A DNA stretch of 32,000 bases, taken from assembly GCF_013315735.1 (NCBI RefSeq), contig NZ_CP054368.1, one strand, 5' to 3'. The number at the start of each line of letters is the position of its first letter. The first letter of the stretch is position 1. The notes beneath the pieces are model-generated. The model saw only the letters and a list, made by a program, of their open reading frames with translations, did no database searches and was not told the DNA's origin. The position numbers were made by a program, and so were the translations under genes. This document shows positions 9,906 through 17,368 of this stretch, in pieces. The stretch is from Escherichia coli (GTDB taxonomy: Bacteria; Pseudomonadota; Gammaproteobacteria; Enterobacterales; Enterobacteriaceae).

Positions 9906-10508
9906 TCAGTGCGTCACTGGTTCCGATGGCATGCCGTTTTCATTCAGTTCAGCTATAAAGCTGTTGTGAAGTTCAGCAAGCGTTTCACGACCAAATGGAG
10001 TTAGTGTTCCTTGTTCCACATCCATCATGGCTCTGTAGAAAATGATGGCGCGTTCTGTGCCAGACTCGATGCCAAAACGTTCTATCATCGCGCCCTCAAT
10101 GTTGTTTGCCATAGCGAGGCGCTCTGCTACTGGATACAGCGGCATGGCGACGATGCCGTTGGAATAAACAGCCACTTCGGAAGGATTGCCAGTATCATCA
10201 ATGATGCTGACAGTGCCGTTTTCCTCTCTCATTTCCAGCATGAATACTGTTGCGATCAACCATCTCCACATAATGACGTTATGCTGTGATGTGTAATCGA
10301 AATATCCCTGGTTGCCGCCGTCGGCAATAGCGAGATGTATTGACATACCTTCATCTGGTTTATCGTCATAATCCCCGGCATCCAGACGATTTACGGCATC
10401 AATATATGAGATGGCCTCAACGCGTTCTGTCATGCCATCGTTGCTGCGGTACATGATGTTTACGCCGTCAGGCGTTGCTTCTGCATGGAAAGTTAAGAAA
10501 TTATTCAT
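9906..10508 (-). CDS. Hypothetical element protein, about 200 aa
   Basis: ORF track begins at 10613 but the internal start MNNFLTFHAEATPDG at 10508 overlaps the upstream stop (10501) and follows a purine-rich stretch. Confidence 0.65.
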   Translation of the reverse strand: MNNFLTFHAEATPDGVNIMYRSNDGMTERVEAISYIDAVNRLDAGDYDDKPDEGMSIHLAIADGGNQGYFDYTSQHNVIMWRWLIATVFMLEMREENGTVSIIDDTGNPSEVAVYSNGIVAMPLYPVAERLAMANNIEGAMIERFGIESGTERAIIFYRAMMDVEQGTLTPFGRETLAELHNSFIAELNENGMPSEPVTH

Positions 10509-10722
10509 GTTTCGCCTCGCCTGAATGATTCTGTAACTCATATTTGCCCAACAATTCGTCCGCTTCCTGAATAGCTTCTGGTACGCCATTGAGCAGTGAC
10601 ATAACCGCGCCAATCATTAACTTGTCTCTGTTGCTGGGGCTGGCCCCTTCAAGCCAGAACCCTAAAACAGTCTGAACCTGTTCGATGCGACATTGCGCTT
10701 CAATGAGCTGGATGTTGGTCAT
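10501..10722 (-). CDS. Hypothetical element protein, 73 aa
   Basis: Intact ORF coupled to neighbours by short overlaps. Confidence 0.6.
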   Translation of the reverse strand: MTNIQLIEAQCRIEQVQTVLGFWLEGASPSNRDKLMIGAVMSLLNGVPEAIQEADELLGKYELQNHSGEAKHE

Positions 10723-10982
10723 TTCGCACTCTCCACATCGATTAAACCGATATCTATCAGGGGGGTAACTTTTTGTAGCCAGCTATTGATTACTGTCGCC
10801 TGTTCCCCTCCCACCGAGGGAACAATCTCATTCATCACATGAACCAGACCTGTGCGCGCTCTGGTAAGCCGTTCAGTCGCGCAATCTGCGGGAGTGAATG
10901 TGTCTGGATATGGCTCTTCACGCCCCAGCAATGATTCAATTTCCAGCTCACACGGATGACGATAAATTAAGTTGATATTCAT
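10719..10982 (-). CDS. Hypothetical element protein, 87 aa
   Basis: Intact ORF, 4-nt overlap on both sides. Confidence 0.6.
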   Translation of the reverse strand: MNINLIYRHPCELEIESLLGREEPYPDTFTPADCATERLTRARTGLVHVMNEIVPSVGGEQATVINSWLQKVTPLIDIGLIDVESAK

Positions 10983-11173
10983 TTTTCACCCCCAAGAATT
11001 ACCAGCTCGGCACGGGCATCGTTAACCAAAGATGAGCACGCTTTAATCGCATCCACGACATCAGTAGCGTCCATTTCTTCAGCCGAAAGACTGACAGCAA
11101 CCAGGACAGCCGCTGCTTGCTCGATTAATTGAAGTGCTGACGTAAGGCGAGGGGTATTAATTGAGTTATTCAT
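10979..11173 (-). CDS. Hypothetical element protein, about 64 aa
   Basis: Likely start MNNSINTPRLTSALQL at 11173; overlaps the upstream gene end at 11166. Confidence 0.55.
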   Translation of the reverse strand: MNNSINTPRLTSALQLIEQAAAVLVAVSLSAEEMDATDVVDAIKACSSLVNDARAELVILGGEK

Positions 11174-11384
11174 TGGTTGCCCCCGTTTTTCCTGGCATTT
11201 CGCCACCTTCCAGCAGGAAATGAACGTCACGAACGGCGAGATCCAATATCGCGAGTAACGCCTTCAGTCTTTCGTCTCGTGAGGGAGAGTTGCTCACCAG
11301 AATGTCGTTAATCACTTCTGTCAGTGTGATGATCTGGCTTGTGCGTTCGAGGGGGTCCATATGCACATCGTAGGTTTTAATCAT
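11166..11384 (-). CDS. Hypothetical element protein, 72 aa
   Basis: Start MIKTYDVHMDPLERTSQ at 11384 with GGAGGTGGCAC-ATG; overlaps the stop of the Icd-like ORF. Same frame as the long 355-aa track ORF. Confidence 0.65.
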   Translation of the reverse strand: MIKTYDVHMDPLERTSQIITLTEVINDILVSNSPSRDERLKALLAILDLAVRDVHFLLEGGEMPGKTGATNE

Positions 11385-11571
11385 GTGCCACCTCCATGCG
11401 GATACGACCAGCAAAAAAGCAGACGTGATCGCGCACCAGAGAACGGCGAGCATCGCGTTCAGACTCGGCAGCAATATGATGAATTTTGGCGGTAATTGTC
11501 GGGCAATCGCGGCGAACTGCGGCGATAATCCAGATAAATTGCGGTTTTTGGGTAGGGGTAGTAGCCAGCAT
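11377..11571 (-). CDS. Icd-like (host cell division inhibitor-like) protein, 64 aa
   Basis: FIWIIAAVRRDCPTITAKIHHIAAESERDARRSLVRDHVCFFAGRI resembles the Icd-like family; strong SD AAGGAGG (11579-11585) 7 nt before ATG at 11571. Confidence 0.6.
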   Translation of the reverse strand: MLATTPTQKPQFIWIIAAVRRDCPTITAKIHHIAAESERDARRSLVRDHVCFFAGRIRMEVAHD

Positions 11572-11580
11572 GTGGCAGCC

Positions 11581-11669
11581 TCCTTCAGATAGCAGGTTAC
11601 GCTACCACCGGAAACGCCAATTTCGCTGGTGGTAGCCCAGACAGGGTTGGCGTAACCGGCTCTGAAGGA
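11581..11669 (-). ncRNA. Candidate P1 C4 / P4 CI-like structured antisense RNA region controlling the Icd-like gene
   Basis: Nested inverted repeats TCCTTCAGA/TCTGAAGGA, GGTTACGC/GCGTAACC, GCTACCACC/GGTGGTAGC, plus a competing pair ACGCCAA/TTGGCGT. The outer arm covers the Icd-like Shine-Dalgarno sequence. Confidence 0.6.
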
Positions 11670-11727
11670 TACCGGCGCTTCCGAAGAAGCCCCCGCCTGA
11701 GCCACCATTGATTGACAAAGGCGCTGG

Positions 11728-11733
11728 ATTATA
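11728..11733 (-). promoter_or_regulatory. Candidate -10 element TATAAT upstream of the structured RNA
   Basis: Exact TATAAT on the minus strand; no good -35 seen. Confidence 0.35.
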
Positions 11734-11767
11734 CACCAACGCCCAAAAAATGGGTGAGTCAGACCTA

Positions 11768-11803
11768 CGACATAAAAAAAGACGCTCGGCGCGTCATATG
11801 TCG
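11768..11803 (-). terminator. Rho-independent terminator upstream of the structured RNA
   Basis: Minus strand GACGC-GCCGA-GCGTC followed by TTTTTTT; outer arms CGACATA/TATGTCG. Confidence 0.7.
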
Positions 11804-12229
11804 CCTTCAGAATTTTCAGGACGCCAATCCCGGCACCCGTTTTATGAGGTGCCTTATAACCATAAACCGTGTTGCCGCATAACGGCAAGCTCTTTTTTAT
11901 GGACTCCGAAAACTCACTATTGGAAGAACCAGAAGCACAGTACATCGCGCTCATTTCGTTAACGTCACGCGCGTGGACGAAGGTTTTTGTGGAGTCACTA
12001 CGCGAGCAGAACAGGTGATCTACGACCAGAAATTCTCTGGCGCAGCCGCTGACCTTCTCAACGCTAACACCATCGACCGTGATTTCTGACATAGTTAAGG
12101 CATCCGCTCCTACCACCAGCAAATGATAAACTTTGCTTGTATCTGCTGTATTAATACCTGACTTTGCTGTCATATTGCTGGATTTTTGCGACATGCCAGC
12201 CAGTGAAAATGTCTTCTTCTGGACGGGTA

Positions 12230-12409
12230 TCATTGGTTAACCTCCGCGAACTCCTTCATGAAACGCGCCAGCGGTTGTACACATGGCGATTGATACCCGT
12301 CGCGATAAAACGTCACTCGGTTGTGAGACACGCTTTCGACAGTAACGAGTGCTCCGTGGGCATCTTTGTAGCGTTTTTGAGGTTGTGGTGTTCCTGTCGG
12401 CTTAAACAT
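12230..12409 (-). CDS. DUF4222-like small protein, 59 aa
   Basis: MFKPTGTPQPQKRYKDAHGALVTVESVSHNRVTFYRDGYQSPCVQPLARFMKEFAEVNQ with GGAGGCGGTCC-ATG; overlaps the AntA gene end by 8 nt. Confidence 0.65.
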   Translation of the reverse strand: MFKPTGTPQPQKRYKDAHGALVTVESVSHNRVTFYRDGYQSPCVQPLARFMKEFAEVNQ

Positions 12410-13235
12410 GGACCGCCTCCAGACGCTTGGCGAGCCAGCGTTGCGACAGGCGGGTGAGTTCTCCTTTGCGCTGCTCATATTCCATGCCCATATCAATTAA
12501 CGTGATATTGGTGCTTTCGAGATATGAGAGGTGCTCAAGCTGTTCTGCGTTCATATGGTCGCGAGGTTCGCCAGAATAGCCATTTATCCGCGCCCACTGC
12601 TTAGCAGTTAGCCCACCAAGAACGATACGAGAAATCATATTGCTCTCGTTTGTGTAGTGGTGTTGCTGCGTCGTTTTCCCCTGCTCGGCACGGGCCATAT
12701 TCAGCGCATCGCACATTGGCTTAAAGTTGTTTGCGGCACTGATACGGGCTTTTAGCTGGCGACGATAGCGGGCGGCGATTTCAGGCACGCTACGCTGTAA
12801 TTCTTCCTCGCACTGGATGAAATAACGACGGATAGCGCGACCCTGATCATTGCGTTCGATCATTGCCAGTTCTTTCGCCATTCCGACACTTAACAGATAG
12901 TCTTTGCCGGGTCTGCCAGACTGCTTAATCTTGCTGTAAGCCGCGCCATTCGGGCTTTTCCCCAAATTTGGGGAAATAGTTTTATGGACTGAGTAATCGT
13001 GTCCAATGGTGAAGTCATATTCAGAGATGCGATCAGTGATCCATGTAGAGAAGTCTTTTCCCACGCCCAACGCTTTGTGTAACGCTTTTGCGCTAACAAT
13101 ATTGGTTTCACGCCCACCGATATGACCAGGAATAACCGGGACAATTGCGGCAAATTCATTACCGTTAATTGTGCTCAGAGAGGCGTTCAGATGAGGGGCG
13201 GCCTCAGAAATTAATCTGCTTTTTTCGATGTTCAT
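12402..13235 (-). CDS. AntA-domain antirepressor-like protein
   Basis: 277 aa; VSAKALHKALGVGKDFSTWITDRISEYDFTIGHDY is an AntA-type domain. Confidence 0.85.
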   Translation of the reverse strand: MNIEKSRLISEAAPHLNASLSTINGNEFAAIVPVIPGHIGGRETNIVSAKALHKALGVGKDFSTWITDRISEYDFTIGHDYSVHKTISPNLGKSPNGAAYSKIKQSGRPGKDYLLSVGMAKELAMIERNDQGRAIRRYFIQCEEELQRSVPEIAARYRRQLKARISAANNFKPMCDALNMARAEQGKTTQQHHYTNESNMISRIVLGGLTAKQWARINGYSGEPRDHMNAEQLEHLSYLESTNITLIDMGMEYEQRKGELTRLSQRWLAKRLEAVHV

Positions 13236-13247
13236 TTTCAGTCTCCG

Positions 13248-13679
13248 TTAGGCGGCGTTAAACGCGTCCGGGTAGAGTTTCAGAATGTCGGCAATTTCCT
13301 GCTGAGAAAGTCCGTTGTGATCATTTATGTTCGCAAGATGGTTAATATGAGTGATCACTTTCAGAACATCACCACGGCAGGAGAAACGGTAGCGAAGGTG
13401 TGTTCCGATACCATCAGGATTCTTTTCGTCGATACGTTCCAGAGTGATTCCAAGCTGGCGTTCTAACTCTGTTGCATAGTTACGACCAGAAGACAGACGG
13501 CAGTAGCGAAGAATGTCGTTTTCTGTCCATCCCTCTATACCAGTACGCAGCATATAGACTCGGGCACGATGCTTTTTCGGTGTGCGCTTTGGTGCTTGAA
13601 GGGATTTTGTAAGGGGCGTAATGTCAGATACGCGAATATCTGAATTAGCCGCCTGTAATGGGCGGTTTTTCTTTTCCAT
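13248..13679 (-). CDS. Hypothetical element protein, 143 aa
   Basis: Intact ORF abutting the alpA-like gene (1-nt overlap); C-terminus NDHNGLSQQEIADILKLYPDAFN looks HTH-like. Confidence 0.7.
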   Translation of the reverse strand: MEKKNRPLQAANSDIRVSDITPLTKSLQAPKRTPKKHRARVYMLRTGIEGWTENDILRYCRLSSGRNYATELERQLGITLERIDEKNPDGIGTHLRYRFSCRGDVLKVITHINHLANINDHNGLSQQEIADILKLYPDAFNAA

Positions 13680-13882
13680 CAGGCCACCTCGTCTCTAGAT
13701 TCTAATATACACTTCTCAATCCATTCATCTATTTCAGACTCAACAAAAGCAATAGCCCGACTTCCAATTTTTACCTGTTTAGGGAACCTCCCCTGACTAA
13801 TAAGACGATAAATCCATGCTTTGCTATAACCAGTTCGCCTTTGAACTTCAGAGAGACGAATTAATGAATTGTAATTAGCCAT
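13679..13882 (-). CDS. AlpA-family transcriptional regulator
   Basis: 67 aa: IRLSEVQRRTGYSKAWIYRLISQGRFPKQVKIGSRAIAFVESEIDEWIEKCI, canonical AlpA/MerR-like HTH. Confidence 0.93.
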   Translation of the reverse strand: MANYNSLIRLSEVQRRTGYSKAWIYRLISQGRFPKQVKIGSRAIAFVESEIDEWIEKCILESRDEVA

Positions 13883-13968
13883 TTATTAATATCCTGTACT
13901 AATGACGCAATAACCCCCTCCTGCGACGAATGGCGAGAGTTTTATTTGCGTCAAATGTCGAATACGCC

Positions 13969-14003
13969 AAAGACCACAATATGAAAAACATATTGCGGTC
14001 TTT
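13969..14003. terminator. Long hairpin between the array and alpA (possible terminator or attenuator)
   Basis: AGACCACAATATG-AAAAA-CATATTGCGGTCT with T-rich tail on the plus strand; fully paired on the minus-strand RNA if G-U is allowed. Confidence 0.5.
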
Positions 14004-14044
14004 TATAAAAGATAGTCAGATTGTTTTGGTTTGTTTGCTCCACA

Positions 14045-14463
14045 AGGGTAGAGCTACCCTGCATTTCGGCAGGATCACGCTATTAGGCGTGACATCCAGT
14101 AGTTTTAAAGAACGCCCTTTTTCAGGGCATGGTGGGCAGGCAAGAGAGCAATTGCGCTTTGTCAGCGCCGTAGATTCATATTTGAATCATTGTATGTTTC
14201 CCGATAGAAATCTATCGGTCACTGCGGGACGAACCATCCCGCCCACATCAATGTTAAAGAGCAATTGCGCTTTGTCAGCGCTCCGCAGCCTCATGGATGA
14301 ATCATTACATGCATTGTAAAGGTGCATGTATCCCTATTCTTTCCTGCATCAGGAAAGCACCAAAGGCTGTTAAAGAGCATCCAGCTTTTCAGCTGCGTAG
14401 AAGATTCCATCTTCGTTGTTAAAAGAGCGATTGCCCTTCTCCATGGCTAACTGTTAAATAGCA
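14045..14463 (-). promoter_or_regulatory. Array of nut-like elements: many short hairpins interspersed with boxA sequences
   Basis: On the minus strand: GCCCTGAAAAAGGGC (14128-14114), GCGCTGACAAAGCGC (14168-14154 and 14281-14267), TGCTCTTTAACA (14263-14252 and 14379-14368), CGCTCTTTTAACA (14429-14417), TGCTATTTAACA (14463-14452), CGTTCTTTAAAA (14114-14103), plus further hairpins. Confidence 0.7.
14145..14281. repeat. 24-bp direct repeat AGAGCAATTGCGCTTTGTCAGCGC (14145-14168 and 14258-14281)
   Basis: Identical copies 113 bp apart, each containing the P22-type boxB-like hairpin. Confidence 0.95.
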
Positions 14464-14498
14464 ATCCTCTGTGAGTTTTTATCAATCTACTCCCCTAT

Positions 14499-14527
14499 AC
14501 TTTAGTAAACCTCTGTATACTTGTCCA
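14499..14527 (-). promoter_or_regulatory. Candidate promoter TGGACA-N17-TAAAGT reading into the hairpin array
   Basis: 5/6 match to -35 and 4/6 to -10 with 17-bp spacing, just inside the end of int. Confidence 0.3.
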
Positions 14528-14533
14528 GTTGTT

Positions 14534-15748
14534 TCATGCGTGTTTTTCAAACACCATATGCACCACATTTCCGCCATGCTCGAGAGAATCCATATAGTCG
14601 GCATACCATTGAAGCATCTCCCGCCTTCCATCCAGATATTGCGCATGGTTGTATGTGCCACGAATTGAGTTCTTATCAACGTGAGCGAGCTGCGTTTCTA
14701 TCCACGCGGTGTTATAGCCCTGCTCATGCAAAATCGTACTCATAGTGTGCCGGAACCCATGACCAGTTACACGTCCAGCGTAGCCAATGCGCTTAAACAC
14801 TTGGTTTATGCTGGCCTCGCTCATTGTTTTCCTTGGATCATTGCGCCCGGGAAACATAAGAGGGTAATTGCCTGTTATTTCTCTAATCTTCCCAATAAGC
14901 GAAAGAGCCTGCTCAGACAATGGCACAATATGAGGCCGCCGCATTTTCATACGTGAAGCGGGTATCTCCCAGATAGCCTTGTTGAAATCAATTTCATCCC
15001 ATAATGCGCCACGTAGTTCGCCAGTCCGCAAGCCGGTGATAATCAGTAGACGAGCCGCCATAACAACCAATGCGCTTCCTGAGTAACTGGACAATGCCTT
15101 GAAAAAATCAGGTAATTCTTTGGCTGTAAGGAAAGGGTAATGATTAGATTCATGGCCTTGCATCGCGCTAGTAAGGTCTGGTGCAGGGTTATACTCTGCG
15201 CGACCAGTGACTATTGCATAGCGGAAAACTTCCCCGCACCGTTGCCTCACTTTTTTGGCTTTTTCTGTAGCACCGCGCCCCTCGATGCGACGCAGCACAT
15301 TCAGAAGTTCAAGTGGTTTGATTTCGGCGATGGTTTTTTTGCCAATGTAAGGGAACACATCTTTGTTGAAGGCTTCGAGGATGTCTGAAGCATAACCAGC
15401 AGACCATTTTTTTAATTTGCTGCTGTGCCACTCAAGGGCAATATCTTTGAAGGTGTTGTTTAACTGCGTTTCCCGGGCAATCTTTTCCTCTCGTTTCGCT
15501 TCCATCGGATCGATACCACCAGCGATACCTCTTTTCGCATCTTCACGTTTTGCCCGAGCATCGGCTAGAGTAACCTCAGGATAAACACCTAGTGCCAATA
15601 GCTTCTCTTTACCAGCTACACGATATTTAAGTCGCCAGTATTTACCTCCATTAGGTTTTACCAAGAGATACAAACCGCCACCATCGGCCAGCTTGTAAGC
15701 CTTCTCTTTTGGCTTGGCTGTGTCTATTTGACGGGCATTGAGTTTCAC
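14534..15748 (-). CDS. P4-type tyrosine recombinase integrase
   Basis: 404 aa; DUF4102-type N-terminus (LNARQIDTAKPKEKAYKLADGGGLYLLVKPNGGKYW), catalytic TGLRTGELRGALW and HGFRHTMSTILHEQG; adjacent to a tRNA gene. Confidence 0.96.
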   Translation of the reverse strand: MKLNARQIDTAKPKEKAYKLADGGGLYLLVKPNGGKYWRLKYRVAGKEKLLALGVYPEVTLADARAKREDAKRGIAGGIDPMEAKREEKIARETQLNNTFKDIALEWHSSKLKKWSAGYASDILEAFNKDVFPYIGKKTIAEIKPLELLNVLRRIEGRGATEKAKKVRQRCGEVFRYAIVTGRAEYNPAPDLTSAMQGHESNHYPFLTAKELPDFFKALSSYSGSALVVMAARLLIITGLRTGELRGALWDEIDFNKAIWEIPASRMKMRRPHIVPLSEQALSLIGKIREITGNYPLMFPGRNDPRKTMSEASINQVFKRIGYAGRVTGHGFRHTMSTILHEQGYNTAWIETQLAHVDKNSIRGTYNHAQYLDGRREMLQWYADYMDSLEHGGNVVHMVFEKHA

Positions 15749-15820
15749 TTGGGGGTACCTCCACTAAACCGAACAGCAAATACCCCCATAAGTACCCCCA
15801 TCTGACCGTAGATTTTGAGG

Positions 15821-15896
15821 GACTTTAGTAGACGTCAAAAGACGAACGGGGCTTTAATACGCGGATTATAAGGGGTTTTGAAAGACTTTAGTAGAC
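15821..15896. repeat. Direct repeats GACTTTAGTAGAC flanking int (possible Int/Xis arm sites)
   Basis: Copies at 15821-15833 and 15884-15896; related ACTTTAGTAAAC at 14499-14510 on the other side of int. Confidence 0.5.
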
Positions 15897-15913
15897 TTGG
15901 GGAGATGTTTGAA

Positions 15914-15989
15914 TGGTGCCGATAATAGGAGTCGAACCTACGACCTTCGCATTACGAATGCGCTGCTCTACCAACTGAGCTATATCGGC
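15914..15989 (-). tRNA. thrW: tRNA-Thr(CGT), integration target of the element
   Basis: 76 nt including encoded CCA; GCCGATA/TATCGGC acceptor stem, GGTTCGACTCC T-arm, CGT anticodon; next to proA as in K-12. Confidence 0.97.
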
Positions 15990-16103
15990 CCTGAAAGGAC
16001 ATGTTCACGAACGTGAATCACGGTGGACAAGGTTAAAACTAACCGGGCGATGCGTCAATGGCCTTGTGAATCAAATGGCTACTTTTGCATCACCCGGTTT
16101 TAT

Positions 16104-17357
16104 TTACGCACGAATGGTGTAATCACCAATGCCGATCCACTTGTAAGTGGTCAGTGCTTCCAGCCCCATTGGGCCGCGCGCGTGGAGTTTTTGTGTGCTT
16201 ACCGCCACTTCCGCCCCCAGTCCAAACTGGCCGCCGTCGGTAAAACGCGTAGAGGCGTTAACGTAAACAGCGGAGGAATCCACTTCGTTAACAAAACGCT
16301 GGGCGTTGCGCATATCGCGGGTCAGGATCGCATCGGAGTGTTGCGTGCCGTGTTCACGAATATGGGCAATGGCGTCATCCAGATCGCTAACGATTTTGAC
16401 GTTCAAATCTAATGACAGAAACTCATCGTCATACTCTTCGGCTTTAACAGCCACCACCTTCGCGGGGCCTGCCTGCAACTGCGCCAGCGCGGCTGCATCA
16501 GCGTGTAACGTCACGCCGCTTTCCGCCATTTGTTTGCTTAATGCGGGCAGGAAGCTATCAGCGATGTTTTTATTCACCAGCAACGTTTCTACCGTATTAC
16601 ACGTGCTCGGACGCTGAGTTTTCGCGTTGACAATTACTTTCAGGGCTTCAGCGATCTCTGCGCTTTCATCAACGTAAATATGGCATACGCCTATACCGCC
16701 TGTGATCACCGGGATTGTCGACTGCTCGCGGCACAGTTTATGCAAACCAGCCCCACCGCGCGGGATCAACATGTCGATGTATTTATCCATACGCAGCATT
16801 TCACTGACCAGCGCACGGTCAGGATTATCAATTGCCTGCACGGCACCCGCCGGTAAGCCGCAGGATTTCAGGGCGTCCTGAATCACCGCTACCGTTGCAG
16901 CGTTAGTGCGACAGGTTTCTTTGCCGCCGCGCAGGATCACCGCGTTACCGGTTTTCAGGCACAGGGAAGCAACATCAACCGTCACGTTCGGGCGCGCTTC
17001 ATAAATCACACCAATCACCCCCAGCGGTACGCGACGACGCTCAAGACGCAGGCCGCTGTCCAGTACGCCGCCATCGATTACCTGCCCCACCGGATCGGCG
17101 AGATTGCACACCTGGCGCACATCGTCGGCAATGCCTTTCAGCCGTGCGGGCGTCAGTGCCAGACGGTCAAGCATCGCTTCGCTAAGGCCATTGGCACGCG
17201 CGTCTGCAACATCCTGTGCGTTAGCGTTGAGGATGCTTTCGCTTTGTGCTTCCAGTTCATCGGCGATTTTTTCCAGCACACGATTTTTTTCGCGGCTGGA
17301 GAGTTGCGCTAATTTATACGAGGCTTGCTTCGCGGCAATGCCCATTTGTTCCAGCAT
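16104..17357 (-). CDS. proA: Gamma-glutamyl phosphate reductase
   Basis: 417 aa, [36 protein letters not shown]; synteny with proB and thrW. Confidence 0.98.
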   Translation of the reverse strand: MLEQMGIAAKQASYKLAQLSSREKNRVLEKIADELEAQSESILNANAQDVADARANGLSEAMLDRLALTPARLKGIADDVRQVCNLADPVGQVIDGGVLDSGLRLERRRVPLGVIGVIYEARPNVTVDVASLCLKTGNAVILRGGKETCRTNAATVAVIQDALKSCGLPAGAVQAIDNPDRALVSEMLRMDKYIDMLIPRGGAGLHKLCREQSTIPVITGGIGVCHIYVDESAEIAEALKVIVNAKTQRPSTCNTVETLLVNKNIADSFLPALSKQMAESGVTLHADAAALAQLQAGPAKVVAVKAEEYDDEFLSLDLNVKIVSDLDDAIAHIREHGTQHSDAILTRDMRNAQRFVNEVDSSAVYVNASTRFTDGGQFGLGAEVAVSTQKLHARGPMGLEALTTYKWIGIGDYTIRA

Positions 17358-17368
17358 CGGCCAGCTCC

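Noticed and set aside
13930-14319. 129-aa plus-strand ORF across the hairpin array
   Set aside because: Translation runs through multiple perfect hairpins and repeats; the structure is better explained as noncoding. Not supported as a protein.
14045-14463. Interpretation of the hairpin array as CRISPR, integron attC sites or a tRNA cluster
   Set aside because: No uniform repeat/spacer periodicity, no R''/R' attC core pairs, no cloverleaf; hairpins are short and several match boxB, with boxA between them.
1-15913. Calling the element a complete functional P22-like prophage or a proven satellite
   Set aside because: Left end is outside the window, and no packaging, capsid or tail genes are visible, so neither claim can be supported from this sequence alone.
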